A stretch of 33,480 bases of DNA from a virus (Duplodnaviria; Caudoviricetes): positions 1-33,480 of IMG/VR virus record IMGVR_UViG_3300025572_000020. The stretch is one strand, 5' to 3'. The notes beneath the pieces are model-generated. The model did not search any database, was not told where the DNA came from, and saw only the letters and a list, made by a program, of their open reading frames with translations. Below are positions 26,280-33,480 of the stretch, in pieces. Positions within the stretch are counted from its first letter, which is position 1. Each line of letters starts with the position of its first letter. The position numbers were made by a program, and so were the translations under genes.

Positions 26280-26708
26280 CTAGGTCTCCTCGTCCTTCCA
26301 GGGACGGTAGACCTCGATCACTACATCCCGGTAGTAATCCGACAGGGAGTTCTCGACCACGCCGTGCAGCGTGTGCGAATGGATAAGCGTCAGGCCGCCG
26401 TCGGGATGGTCGCCCACGATCGCCATGTGAGAAGGCTCTCCACGCCCCCAGCGAATGATGGCGATGTCGCCCGGGCGAGCCTGCTCCGGCGGAAGCGGAT
26501 CGCCCCAGCGAGCCCGACAGCCTTTCCTGAGCCGATCGTCCCAGGGTTCTCGGCCGTAGCCCTTCTCGTCGTAGGTGTTGAGCCCGCTGTTTCGACCCGC
26601 GACCGCGATCAGACCGACGCAGTCGACGGCCCATGGCTTTCGGCCGCGGTGCCTCCACTTCGCGCCCTTGAGCTTCCTCGCCTCAGCGACGAACTCCCTC
26701 GCAGACAT
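26280..26708 (-). CDS. NlpC/P60 family tail-associated peptidase
   Basis: WRHRGR...VDCVGLI, PGDI, HMAI, LIHS catalytic Cys/His pattern. Confidence 0.9.
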   Translation of the reverse strand: MSAREFVAEARKLKGAKWRHRGRKPWAVDCVGLIAVAGRNSGLNTYDEKGYGREPWDDRLRKGCRARWGDPLPPEQARPGDIAIIRWGRGEPSHMAIVGDHPDGGLTLIHSHTLHGVVENSLSDYYRDVVIEVYRPWKDEET

Positions 26709-27655
26709 CAGGGCTCCTCCCTGACATCATCGCCACCGTCCCACCCGCCACCATTTGGCAACTGCGCGCCCGGCGTTTGCACCTGCGTCGCGTCGCCCAC
26801 GGGAATGAGCGGCTCGCCTTTAAAGTTCGGCCCGTTGTTCCACGTCTGAATGCAATCCTCGCGGTAACGCTTCCGGCAGTCAGGCCGAATGCGGTACTGA
26901 TCGCCCGGCTGGATCGGATAAGGCGTCGTCTCGTTGAGCGTGCAGACGTCGCCGTCGATGCCCTCCGTCGCGAACTCCCTGCCAGCGTTGTTTCCGGTGA
27001 GCCACTGGACACGACCGGGAAACGGGACGATGTTGTTGTAGAGCAGGGTCCCGGTAAAGACGCGATTCGATTCGGCTCCGACCGAGACGACCTCGCCGTA
27101 AACCCACAGCGGTTCGATGTTCACGCCGCACCCCGTCTGAGACGCCGCGGGCGATCCGAAGATTGCGCGGCACCGGCGCGACCATACGGAGCCTATGTTT
27201 TGTTTGAGTCGCATGCCGTACGAGAGGAACTCCGGGATCCAGATCATCCCGTAGCGGGTGCGCACCTCGCCCAGATCGCCCGCATCGAGGATGACGTGGC
27301 GTCCTGGCGTCAGGTCCTCGAAGTTCACGAGGTACATGATCCACTGCGCATCGTCGAGCTCGCCCGCATCGACCATCTCCGTCGTGATGCCGGGAACGGG
27401 CGCCTTAGAGACGAGCGCGTAGCCTTCCGCGTTATCAACCGAGAAGTTGATGTCGCCGCTCAGAGTCGAGGGATCGAAGCCGTTGGTGGCGTAGTACGTG
27501 ACAGGTCCCTGACCGTCGTCGTAGTCCACGTTCCGATCGAACATGGCGAGCCCGAAGACCCGCCCATCGCGCAAAATGATCTTGAGCAGGCGCGTGGTCG
27601 TCGTGGCCGGCTGGTCAAGATGCTGCTGGAGAGCGAAAGGAACCTTGCGGCTCAT
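26708..27655 (-). CDS. DUF2163/BR0599 family baseplate hub protein (GTA-like)
   Basis: RDGRVFG, VDNAE, CRAIFG...CGV, GRVQWLTGNNAG, PDCRKR...C...NFKGEP motifs. Confidence 0.9.
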   Translation of the reverse strand: MSRKVPFALQQHLDQPATTTTRLLKIILRDGRVFGLAMFDRNVDYDDGQGPVTYYATNGFDPSTLSGDINFSVDNAEGYALVSKAPVPGITTEMVDAGELDDAQWIMYLVNFEDLTPGRHVILDAGDLGEVRTRYGMIWIPEFLSYGMRLKQNIGSVWSRRCRAIFGSPAASQTGCGVNIEPLWVYGEVVSVGAESNRVFTGTLLYNNIVPFPGRVQWLTGNNAGREFATEGIDGDVCTLNETTPYPIQPGDQYRIRPDCRKRYREDCIQTWNNGPNFKGEPLIPVGDATQVQTPGAQLPNGGGWDGGDDVREEP

Positions 27656-28254
27656 ACGCTGATGTCCTCCATCAGCGCGACATCGGAGGTGAGAAACAAA
27701 CCTTCAGCGCCCTTCTCGTAGCCCGTAAACGAGAGCTCGTCGTCCTCGAACATCACCGGCACGTCGAACTCGCCGCTCCATCGCAGGATCCCGCCGTTGC
27801 TGGCCGTGAACGTCGCCATGCCGGTCGTGTAGTCGATCGTCGCCGGGATCGGATTACCGTCATCCGTGATCACGACCGTGCCAACCACGGGCTTGCGAAT
27901 CGGGCGTACGACGTTGCGATCCCCGAACCGGTACACCTTCGAGAGCTGAATCGTCTGCTCGGTGCCCGTGCCCAGAACCGGGATCAGTTCATCGACCGCC
28001 CGAAAGTCCGACCAGTCCTTGAGTCGAAACGAATACACTCCGCCGTAGCACGCGTTGAACGCGTTGATCACCTCCATATGATCGCGCGGTAGCAGATTGC
28101 GGTAGATGATGTTGAACCTGTAGAGCGGACGCGAGCGCAACGGGTTCCGGCGGACGATGCCCGAACGTAGCGTGATCTTTCGAGTCAGCCACGTCGGGCC
28201 GCCGCTCGTGCCGTACGCCACGCGGTCCAGAAGTCTTGCCTCGACGAATGGCAT
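27652..28254 (-). CDS. DUF2460 (TIGR02217) distal tail protein
   Basis: YGTSGGP.W.T, FRLKDWSDF, QLSKVY, RPIRKPV.GTV, GEFDVPV.F motifs. Confidence 0.9.
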   Translation of the reverse strand: MPFVEARLLDRVAYGTSGGPTWLTRKITLRSGIVRRNPLRSRPLYRFNIIYRNLLPRDHMEVINAFNACYGGVYSFRLKDWSDFRAVDELIPVLGTGTEQTIQLSKVYRFGDRNVVRPIRKPVVGTVVITDDGNPIPATIDYTTGMATFTASNGGILRWSGEFDVPVMFEDDELSFTGYEKGAEGLFLTSDVALMEDISV

Positions 28255-30284
28255 TATCCCAACCTCGATGCTGCCGCCGTCTGTCGACGCGACGCCTCAA
28301 GCTCCAACTGCCTAGCGGAGCGCTGATCGATGCGACCCTGCACGTAGATGTTCTGCGTGATCTTCTGCGACCGGCCCATCCACTGATCGGCCGGGTAGAA
28401 CGAGCCCGCCGTGTCCGGCACGAAGAGCTCCGGCTGCGCCCCGGTCCCGATCGCATACGCCACCCCGCGTCGCCCGCGGCCACCGCTGTCGCGAGACCCG
28501 CCGAAGATTCCGCCGAGGACCTTCCCTAAATCGCCTACGACTCCGCCACCCGACCCCATGCCCGCCCCGCCGAATAGCCACTTCGCGATGTCGGCCGCGA
28601 GCGCCTCCATCATCATCTTCTTGAGCATGTCGCTGAACGCCTGCAGGGCTCCCTTCGCGCCTCTCTTGATCCCGCCGTCGAGCGCGTCCTCGAGACCCTT
28701 CGCGAGGATGTCCTGCACGTTCCGGTTGGCCTCTTCGAGAAACTTATTCTGCTCCTTCGTCGCCTTGTCGAACGTTTCCTGCGCCTTCTCGACGGCGCGG
28801 TTGTAGGTCTCCTGAGTGATGTGCCCGTCAGCCAGGAGCTCGTTCAGACGCTCGATCGTATCGGCGTACACCTCTGCGGGCGTGCGCATCTGCTCGGTGA
28901 TGCGCTTTCCCTCTTCGACCGCCGCGTCCCATTCGCGCTGACGCTCCTCGCTCGCTTCGGTTTCGCGCTTCAGTCGCTCCAACTCGTCCGTCATACGGAT
29001 GATCTGCTCCACGTACGGTCTGGCAGCTTCCCCGGCGCGTGCCACCTCGTCCGCGAGATCGCCCTGGGCGAGACGATACCGAATGACCGCCTCCTCAGCC
29101 ATCCCGTACGTGTCGACCTGTTGCTGGAGTCCCTGGGCGAGGGTTTGCAGGGACTCGAGCGCGGACTCCGCCGCCTTGCGCGCCTCCTCGGCCGCCTTAT
29201 CGTCGTTGAAGACGATCGACTCCTTGAGCGCGGCGTCCATCCGCCTCGCCGACTCCTCGACCTGCGGAACGGCGTCGCTCCACACCTTCGCGATGGTCTC
29301 TATGTCGTCCGTAACGTTGCTGCGAGCCTCGGCGAACGCGTCCTTGATCTCGTCGACGGCGAGCGAGAACTCCCCTTGCAAGACGCGAACGATCGCAGCG
29401 CCGACGCCATAGATGACCCGACCGAGCTGCTCGAAGACCGACGTCACAATTGTGCCGGCGGAGACGAGCGTCTTCAGGGTGACGCTCAGCGCCTTGATCG
29501 CGAAGTCCATCGCGCCGCCCTCCTTCGCCGCGCGCATGAACCGCTCTATCATCACATTCAGCATCGGCAGGAGCTCTTCAGCTGCCTGATTCGCAAGGCC
29601 CTTTGCTGCGAACTTCAGTTGGTCGAGATTGTCGTTGAACTCGCTAGCTGCTCTAGCCGTCTTGTCCGTAATCGTCAGACCAAGAGCATCCGCCTCCTTC
29701 TTCAGCGCCTCGATCCCGGCGCGGCCCTGATTCAGGAACGGGATGAGCTTGGCGCCGCTCTTCCCGAAGAGCTCCTGGGCGACCGCCGCCTTCGCCGCGC
29801 CGTCCTCGATCTGGGCGAACCGATCGGCGACCTCGAGCATCAACTCTTCTGCGTTCTTGAGCGATCCGTCGGCGTTCCGCGCCTCGACGCCGATCGCCCG
29901 GAAAGCGTCGGCCGACGTTTTCGAGCCGCGCGCGGCGTCGACGGCCGACTTGGTGAGTTTGTTCATTCCCTGAACCAGAACATCGAATGATGCCCCGCCG
30001 AGTTTCGCTGCGTATTCCAGTTGCGATAGCGACTCGACAGCGATGCCGCTCGACTGAGCGAGCTTGCCCATGTCGTCGGCGGCGGTGACCGCGCTGAACG
30101 CCATCGCCCCGAAGGCGAGGGCTGCGGTACTGGCAGCGGCCGCGATTCCCTTCGCGATCCGACCCGCCGTGATCGCCGACTGTCTGTCGAACTTCTCGAG
30201 ACGCTTGTTGGCCTTCTCCAACTGCGCCATGTATTGCGCAGTCTGGGCTTCGAGACGGACGACTAGCTTCGCAAGATCTGTCAT
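28254..30284 (-). CDS. Tape measure protein
   Basis: 676 aa, Ala-rich and helical. LAKLVVRLEA N-terminus, LFGKSG..LIPFLNQG, C-terminal GG..PELFVP. Confidence 0.92.
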   Translation of the reverse strand: MTDLAKLVVRLEAQTAQYMAQLEKANKRLEKFDRQSAITAGRIAKGIAAAASTAALAFGAMAFSAVTAADDMGKLAQSSGIAVESLSQLEYAAKLGGASFDVLVQGMNKLTKSAVDAARGSKTSADAFRAIGVEARNADGSLKNAEELMLEVADRFAQIEDGAAKAAVAQELFGKSGAKLIPFLNQGRAGIEALKKEADALGLTITDKTARAASEFNDNLDQLKFAAKGLANQAAEELLPMLNVMIERFMRAAKEGGAMDFAIKALSVTLKTLVSAGTIVTSVFEQLGRVIYGVGAAIVRVLQGEFSLAVDEIKDAFAEARSNVTDDIETIAKVWSDAVPQVEESARRMDAALKESIVFNDDKAAEEARKAAESALESLQTLAQGLQQQVDTYGMAEEAVIRYRLAQGDLADEVARAGEAARPYVEQIIRMTDELERLKRETEASEERQREWDAAVEEGKRITEQMRTPAEVYADTIERLNELLADGHITQETYNRAVEKAQETFDKATKEQNKFLEEANRNVQDILAKGLEDALDGGIKRGAKGALQAFSDMLKKMMMEALAADIAKWLFGGAGMGSGGGVVGDLGKVLGGIFGGSRDSGGRGRRGVAYAIGTGAQPELFVPDTAGSFYPADQWMGRSQKITQNIYVQGRIDQRSARQLELEASRRQTAAASRLG

Positions 30285-30640
30285 TTCCGTTCCTTACGTC
30301 GAGCCCGTTGCCGCTTCACGGGCTCTGTCACCTGTTTCGCTACCGCCTGCAAGAATGCGAAGAATCCGTTTATGCCCTCCTGCCTCCGCTCCTCGGGGTC
30401 GCGAACGAAGAACTGTTCGAGAGGAATGCGCGTACCCCGACGAACCTGCGGTCGACGCACTTCCCGCGCTATGATGGCCGCGTGGATGTTATCACGCCAC
30501 GGCCCCCACGGCTCTTTGTCCCAATACCTCTGCCAGCCGAGATACGATCGCTGCGTCATCGATCGCTTCATCTCGTCGATATCGGCATAGCCTAGCAACG
30601 CGGCCAGCCGATAATCGAAGAGCTCAGCTGGCGTCAGACT
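30281..30640 (-). CDS. Tail assembly chaperone extension (gpGT 'T' portion, reached by frameshift)
   Basis: Open frame SLTPAELFDYRLAALLG...MT.R.Y.GW..Y...EPWG with no strong start of its own. Overlaps the G gene and precedes the tape measure gene. Confidence 0.7.
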   Translation of the reverse strand, partial: SLTPAELFDYRLAALLGYADIDEMKRSMTQRSYLGWQRYWDKEPWGPWRDNIHAAIIAREVRRPQVRRGTRIPLEQFFVRDPEERRQEGINGFFAFLQAVAKQVTEPVKRQRARRKERK

Positions 30641-30941
30641 CTTTTTTGTCGTCGTCCCCGAATCCGCTCAGCTCCATGATCGCAGTGACGAGCGGCATCG
30701 AGACACGGGCCGACCTGGCCAGCGTCATCGCCTCCTCGATCGTCAACGCCGGATTGCCGTCGTCATTGATGACACACGCGGCGATGAGCGTCGCGGTGGC
30801 CTTGAGCCGATCTGTCTTGAGAAGCTGTCCGTATTCGGCGAACTCCAACGCGCCGACCTCGCGAACGCGGACCTTCTCGCCGTCCACGTCGACCACGGTA
30901 TCCCTGAGCCGGGCGAGGTCCAGCAGTTTTGTTTTATCCAC
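30624..30941 (-). CDS. Tail assembly chaperone (gpG-like)
   Basis: GTG start with SD AGGAG, between the major tail and tape measure genes. VRVRE...ACVINDDG. Confidence 0.8.
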   Translation of the reverse strand: MDKTKLLDLARLRDTVVDVDGEKVRVREVGALEFAEYGQLLKTDRLKATATLIAACVINDDGNPALTIEEAMTLARSARVSMPLVTAIMELSGFGDDDKKESDAS

Positions 30942-30984
30942 AGACGTCTCCTACGTAGAAGCTAAGACGATCGGCCGCGCCCGA

Positions 30985-31428
30985 TCAGGGAACCTGAGGT
31001 GGCCGAACCCAGATGACCTCACCGCTGATCTTCAGCGTGTAGGTCAACACCGCGCGTTCGCCGATCGGACCCGAAACGTTCCAGGCTCGAACGGTCGCGC
31101 TGAACTCGAAGTATTCCGGTGGGCTCGCGTTCTTCCGCGCGATGCGGATCGTGACGAGCTCGTCGTTCTTGTACGCCTCGTAGAGCTGCGCAAGAAGCGG
31201 GTCGCCGGGGATGAAGTTGTTCTGCAGCGGGATCTCGACGCCGTCGGCGAGGCCGTTGCGATATGTGCGCGCCGCATCGCAGTACGACGTGACGTCGACG
31301 AGGGGTTTCTCCTCGCCTACGTTGCCGAAGTCAAACGCCGCGCACAGGTCAAAGAACTGCTCGGGCGAATTGCCGTCGCCGAGCTGAACGACAAAGTCGT
31401 TACCAATCAGAGCGTCTTCGGAAGCCAT
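30985..31428 (-). CDS. Major tail (tube) protein
   Basis: LGDGNSPE.F, VDVTSY...YRNGLADG, TLKISG motifs and position. Confidence 0.88.
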   Translation of the reverse strand: MASEDALIGNDFVVQLGDGNSPEQFFDLCAAFDFGNVGEEKPLVDVTSYCDAARTYRNGLADGVEIPLQNNFIPGDPLLAQLYEAYKNDELVTIRIARKNASPPEYFEFSATVRAWNVSGPIGERAVLTYTLKISGEVIWVRPPQVP

Positions 31429-31434
31429 CGTTGT

Positions 31435-31860
31435 TTACTCCGCATGCCAGAAAGCCCAGGACTGTGAGACACGATAGAGACCGGGCTCGAAGTCCTGGAC
31501 ATCGAACTCGGTTTCTAGGGTTGCAGCTCGCACGTCAACTGTACCACCAAGCATCCCTCGAAAGTCACTAAGGACCTCGCGGACGGCCCGGGCGACCTCT
31601 TTCGCCGTGTTGTAATCAGATGCGTAGCACTCCAGCTGCATCGTAGTTCGGACGAGTCCGCTCGTCCCACAGTACGTCACTTGCCTGTCAACAGCGCGCG
31701 TCTCGTAGCACACGCATGGCGTCACCTGCGCGCCACGCGGAACCTTCTGCGGGATCACGATCGGGTAAATCCGATTCGGCGCGCCATTCTCTCCGGCCAG
31801 GTATGCCGCAGTCGCCGTGTGCGTGGCGAGCTCCTGTTCGAGTCCGATGTGCAGCATCAC
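31435..31860 (-). CDS. DUF3168 tail terminator/completion protein
   Basis: RIYP...PQ, MQLECYA..Y..AK.VA.AVR..L. GTG 31860 (or ATG 31857) overlaps the upstream stop. Confidence 0.85.
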   Translation of the reverse strand: MMLHIGLEQELATHTATAAYLAGENGAPNRIYPIVIPQKVPRGAQVTPCVCYETRAVDRQVTYCGTSGLVRTTMQLECYASDYNTAKEVARAVREVLSDFRGMLGGTVDVRAATLETEFDVQDFEPGLYRVSQSWAFWHAE

Positions 31861-32312
31861 CCGCCTCTCTTTCGAGCGATGCGCTCGATTCGCTTCTTCA
31901 TGACCTCGCCGACCTTCGCGAGCGTCGCGTTGCGCGACTGGTAGAACGCCGGCATCAGCCAGGGCTGACTCGGGATCTTTGCCGTGCCCAACTCGAAGAA
32001 CTGCAACGCGTAGAATGCCTCCTTTCGAACCCCGAGCAACGACCACGCGGCCTGTTTGTCCCTGCTCATCACGACGATCATGCGCAAATTTCGCGACGCG
32101 AAGCCCGCCGTTACCAGTCGTCCCTTGTACGTTCGATGCAACTGGCGCTTGCCGGGAGAGATCCGCGCGATGTTGGCCTGCGCGACTCGCATCACGTCCT
32201 TCATCGGCTCGCGCACAGCTGCACGCAGGGTCGCCGCCTGCTCCTTCGGCGATGCAAGCTCTCGGAGCTTCTCGGTCAATTCCTTCGTCCCTTCAACGTA
32301 GTAGTTAGCCAC
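31857..32312 (-). CDS. HK97 gp10-like tail completion protein
   Basis: VEGTKEL..KL, FYALQFFELGTAKIPSQPWLMPA motif. Confidence 0.88.
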   Translation of the reverse strand: MANYYVEGTKELTEKLRELASPKEQAATLRAAVREPMKDVMRVAQANIARISPGKRQLHRTYKGRLVTAGFASRNLRMIVVMSRDKQAAWSLLGVRKEAFYALQFFELGTAKIPSQPWLMPAFYQSRNATLAKVGEVMKKRIERIARKRGG

Positions 32313-32670
32313 GCCACCCCTCCGCGGTTCGTTTCACGCAGGCGAGTCGAAGCTCCCTGCGATTCGTCTTCGGGTCAGGCATGACGGCGATAACGTCGTA
32401 CGTGTCGAACCACTGCGGGCTCTCGTCGTGCTTGATGATGTGCTGGACTCGGCACGTCTCGTCGACGTCGACGCGATAACGAATCGTGATCTCAGAGTCG
32501 ATGAGCGAGTTGACCTGTTGTGCCGCGATGAGCTCGCGACCGCTCAGCGGTCGAACGTTCCCCCAGACCTCGGCAAAAGGGACGTAGCTATGCTGGACCT
32601 GTCCGCCGGGCTGTTGGTTGTCCACCCGTCGGAGCAGCGTCACTCTGTGACGGAGCTTTCCTGACTGCAT
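32305..32670 (-). CDS. Head-tail adaptor/head closure protein (SPP1 gp16-like)
   Basis: MQSGKLRHRVT, VWGNVRPLSGRE...A, ITIRY motifs. Confidence 0.9.
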   Translation of the reverse strand: MQSGKLRHRVTLLRRVDNQQPGGQVQHSYVPFAEVWGNVRPLSGRELIAAQQVNSLIDSEITIRYRVDVDETCRVQHIIKHDESPQWFDTYDVIAVMPDPKTNRRELRLACVKRTAEGWRG

Positions 32671-32761
32671 TGCCTAGCACCCTCTGTTCGAGCCGCTCCA
32701 GCGCCTGACGCACTGATTTCGGCAGTTTCTTTCGGGCCTTCTCGCACCTGGAGCAGCCCAT
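32588..32761 (-). CDS. Small basic protein with N-terminal CxxC (MGCSRCEKARKKL...)
   Basis: ATG three bases after the connector stop, with GGGAG upstream. Overlaps the head-closure gene by 83 nt. Confidence 0.4.
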   Translation of the reverse strand: MGCSRCEKARKKLPKSVRQALERLEQRVLGNAVRKAPSQSDAAPTGGQPTARRTGPA

Positions 32762-32763
32762 CC

Positions 32764-33084
32764 TCACACTCCCAGCCCAATTCTGTACGGCCACAGCAGT
32801 TGCTCCGCTCTCTTCAAGATGAGCTCGAAGTTCTGGGCATCGCGATCAAACTCCGCCTCGACATGCAGAAGAATCGCGCTCTTCACGTCTTCGGGGAAGT
32901 CGGGAGGCGACGTGTGCGGAGAGTTCTCGAGCTCGGCGAGCGAGTCGATGTTCAGAAAGTTCTTCGCCCACGTCTCCGCCGCCTCGATGAGTCGCATCAG
33001 CCGAGCGTCATGCGCGGTGTTGTCGCGTTCGACGGACACCTGGTCCTTCGCCTCGTCGAGTGTGATGTAACCGCTGAGACTCAT
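32764..33084 (-). CDS. Head-tail connector protein (HK97 gp6/SPP1 gp15-like)
   Basis: ITLDEAKDQV...D..L.RLI.AA, P.DVKSAILL, LLWPYR motifs. ATG 33084 overlaps the upstream stop. Confidence 0.9.
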   Translation of the reverse strand: MSLSGYITLDEAKDQVSVERDNTAHDARLMRLIEAAETWAKNFLNIDSLAELENSPHTSPPDFPEDVKSAILLHVEAEFDRDAQNFELILKRAEQLLWPYRIGLGV

Positions 33085-33479
33085 CTGTAGTGCTCCCGAA
33101 CCCATGGATGTCGAGCCTGTACGTCCTGATGCCAGGGATCGTGAACCCCGTGAAAGGCTACGATCCTTGCACCCTTTGGGAGCCTGCCCCCGGCCGGCAG
33201 GACGTGGTTGCGGTAAGAATATACCCCGTCAGCGCATCCCCAGACCCTCTCCTTGCGTCCCAAGCAGTACGCGATCCATCCCTGATCGCTGCCCCGGCAA
33301 CCGTTAGCGTTCGCCATGGCGGGCGACGCGCGCGGATCGAATCGCTCCCAAACCTCCTTGCGTGCGCCCGCCCGCACCATCATCAGCGACCCGTTATACC
33401 AGTTGTACACGGTCGCCGACCTGGGCTGCACCGTCTGGCCTCCCCAGATGACGAAGTCGTCGTCGCGATCGAAGAGCGG
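33081..33479 (-). CDS. Glycosyltransferase-like protein (GT-A/GT8-like), 5'-truncated by the window edge
   Basis: Frame is open to the window end (PLFDRDDDFVIW...). YNGSLMM, GSDQGWI, VYSYR, ARIVAFHG..DPW match the C-terminal motifs of nucleotide-diphospho-sugar transferases. Confidence 0.65.
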   Translation of the reverse strand, partial: PLFDRDDDFVIWGGQTVQPRSATVYNWYNGSLMMVRAGARKEVWERFDPRASPAMANANGCRGSDQGWIAYCLGRKERVWGCADGVYSYRNHVLPAGGRLPKGARIVAFHGVHDPWHQDVQARHPWVREHYR

Positions 33480-33480
33480 C

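Overview
This window is about 33.5 kb of a high-GC tailed dsDNA phage (siphovirus) genome and probably starts at or near a cos end. From left to right it holds an HNH packaging-type endonuclease, an iteron-like repeat region and a primase-helicase on the minus strand. A divergent plus-strand replication operon follows (DUF2800 nuclease, DUF2815 SSB, family A DNA polymerase, VRR-NUC, SNF2 helicase). That operon runs by ATGA overlaps directly into a four-gene nucleotide-modification cassette: O-carbamoyltransferase, MazG-like NTP pyrophosphatase, dNMP kinase, and a thymidylate-synthase homolog with the dCMP-specifying Asp. The cassette predicts 5-hydroxymethyl- to 5-carbamoyloxymethyl-cytosine DNA. 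Nearby is an unusual fusion of a dCMP deaminase to an MBD4-like HhH-GPD mismatch glycosylase, followed by small accessory genes. The minus-strand right half encodes lysis genes (including a holin-lipoprotein fusion and a secreted FN3 protein), a mosaic GTA-like tail tip with a split central tail gene, tape measure, tail chaperones joined by a +1/-2 rather than -1 frame relationship, tail tube and head-tail joining genes, and a truncated glycosyltransferase-like gene in the head-tail module. No integrase, repressor, terminase, portal, capsid, tRNA or CRISPR array is visible in the window. All family assignments come from motif recognition by eye, not from database searches.
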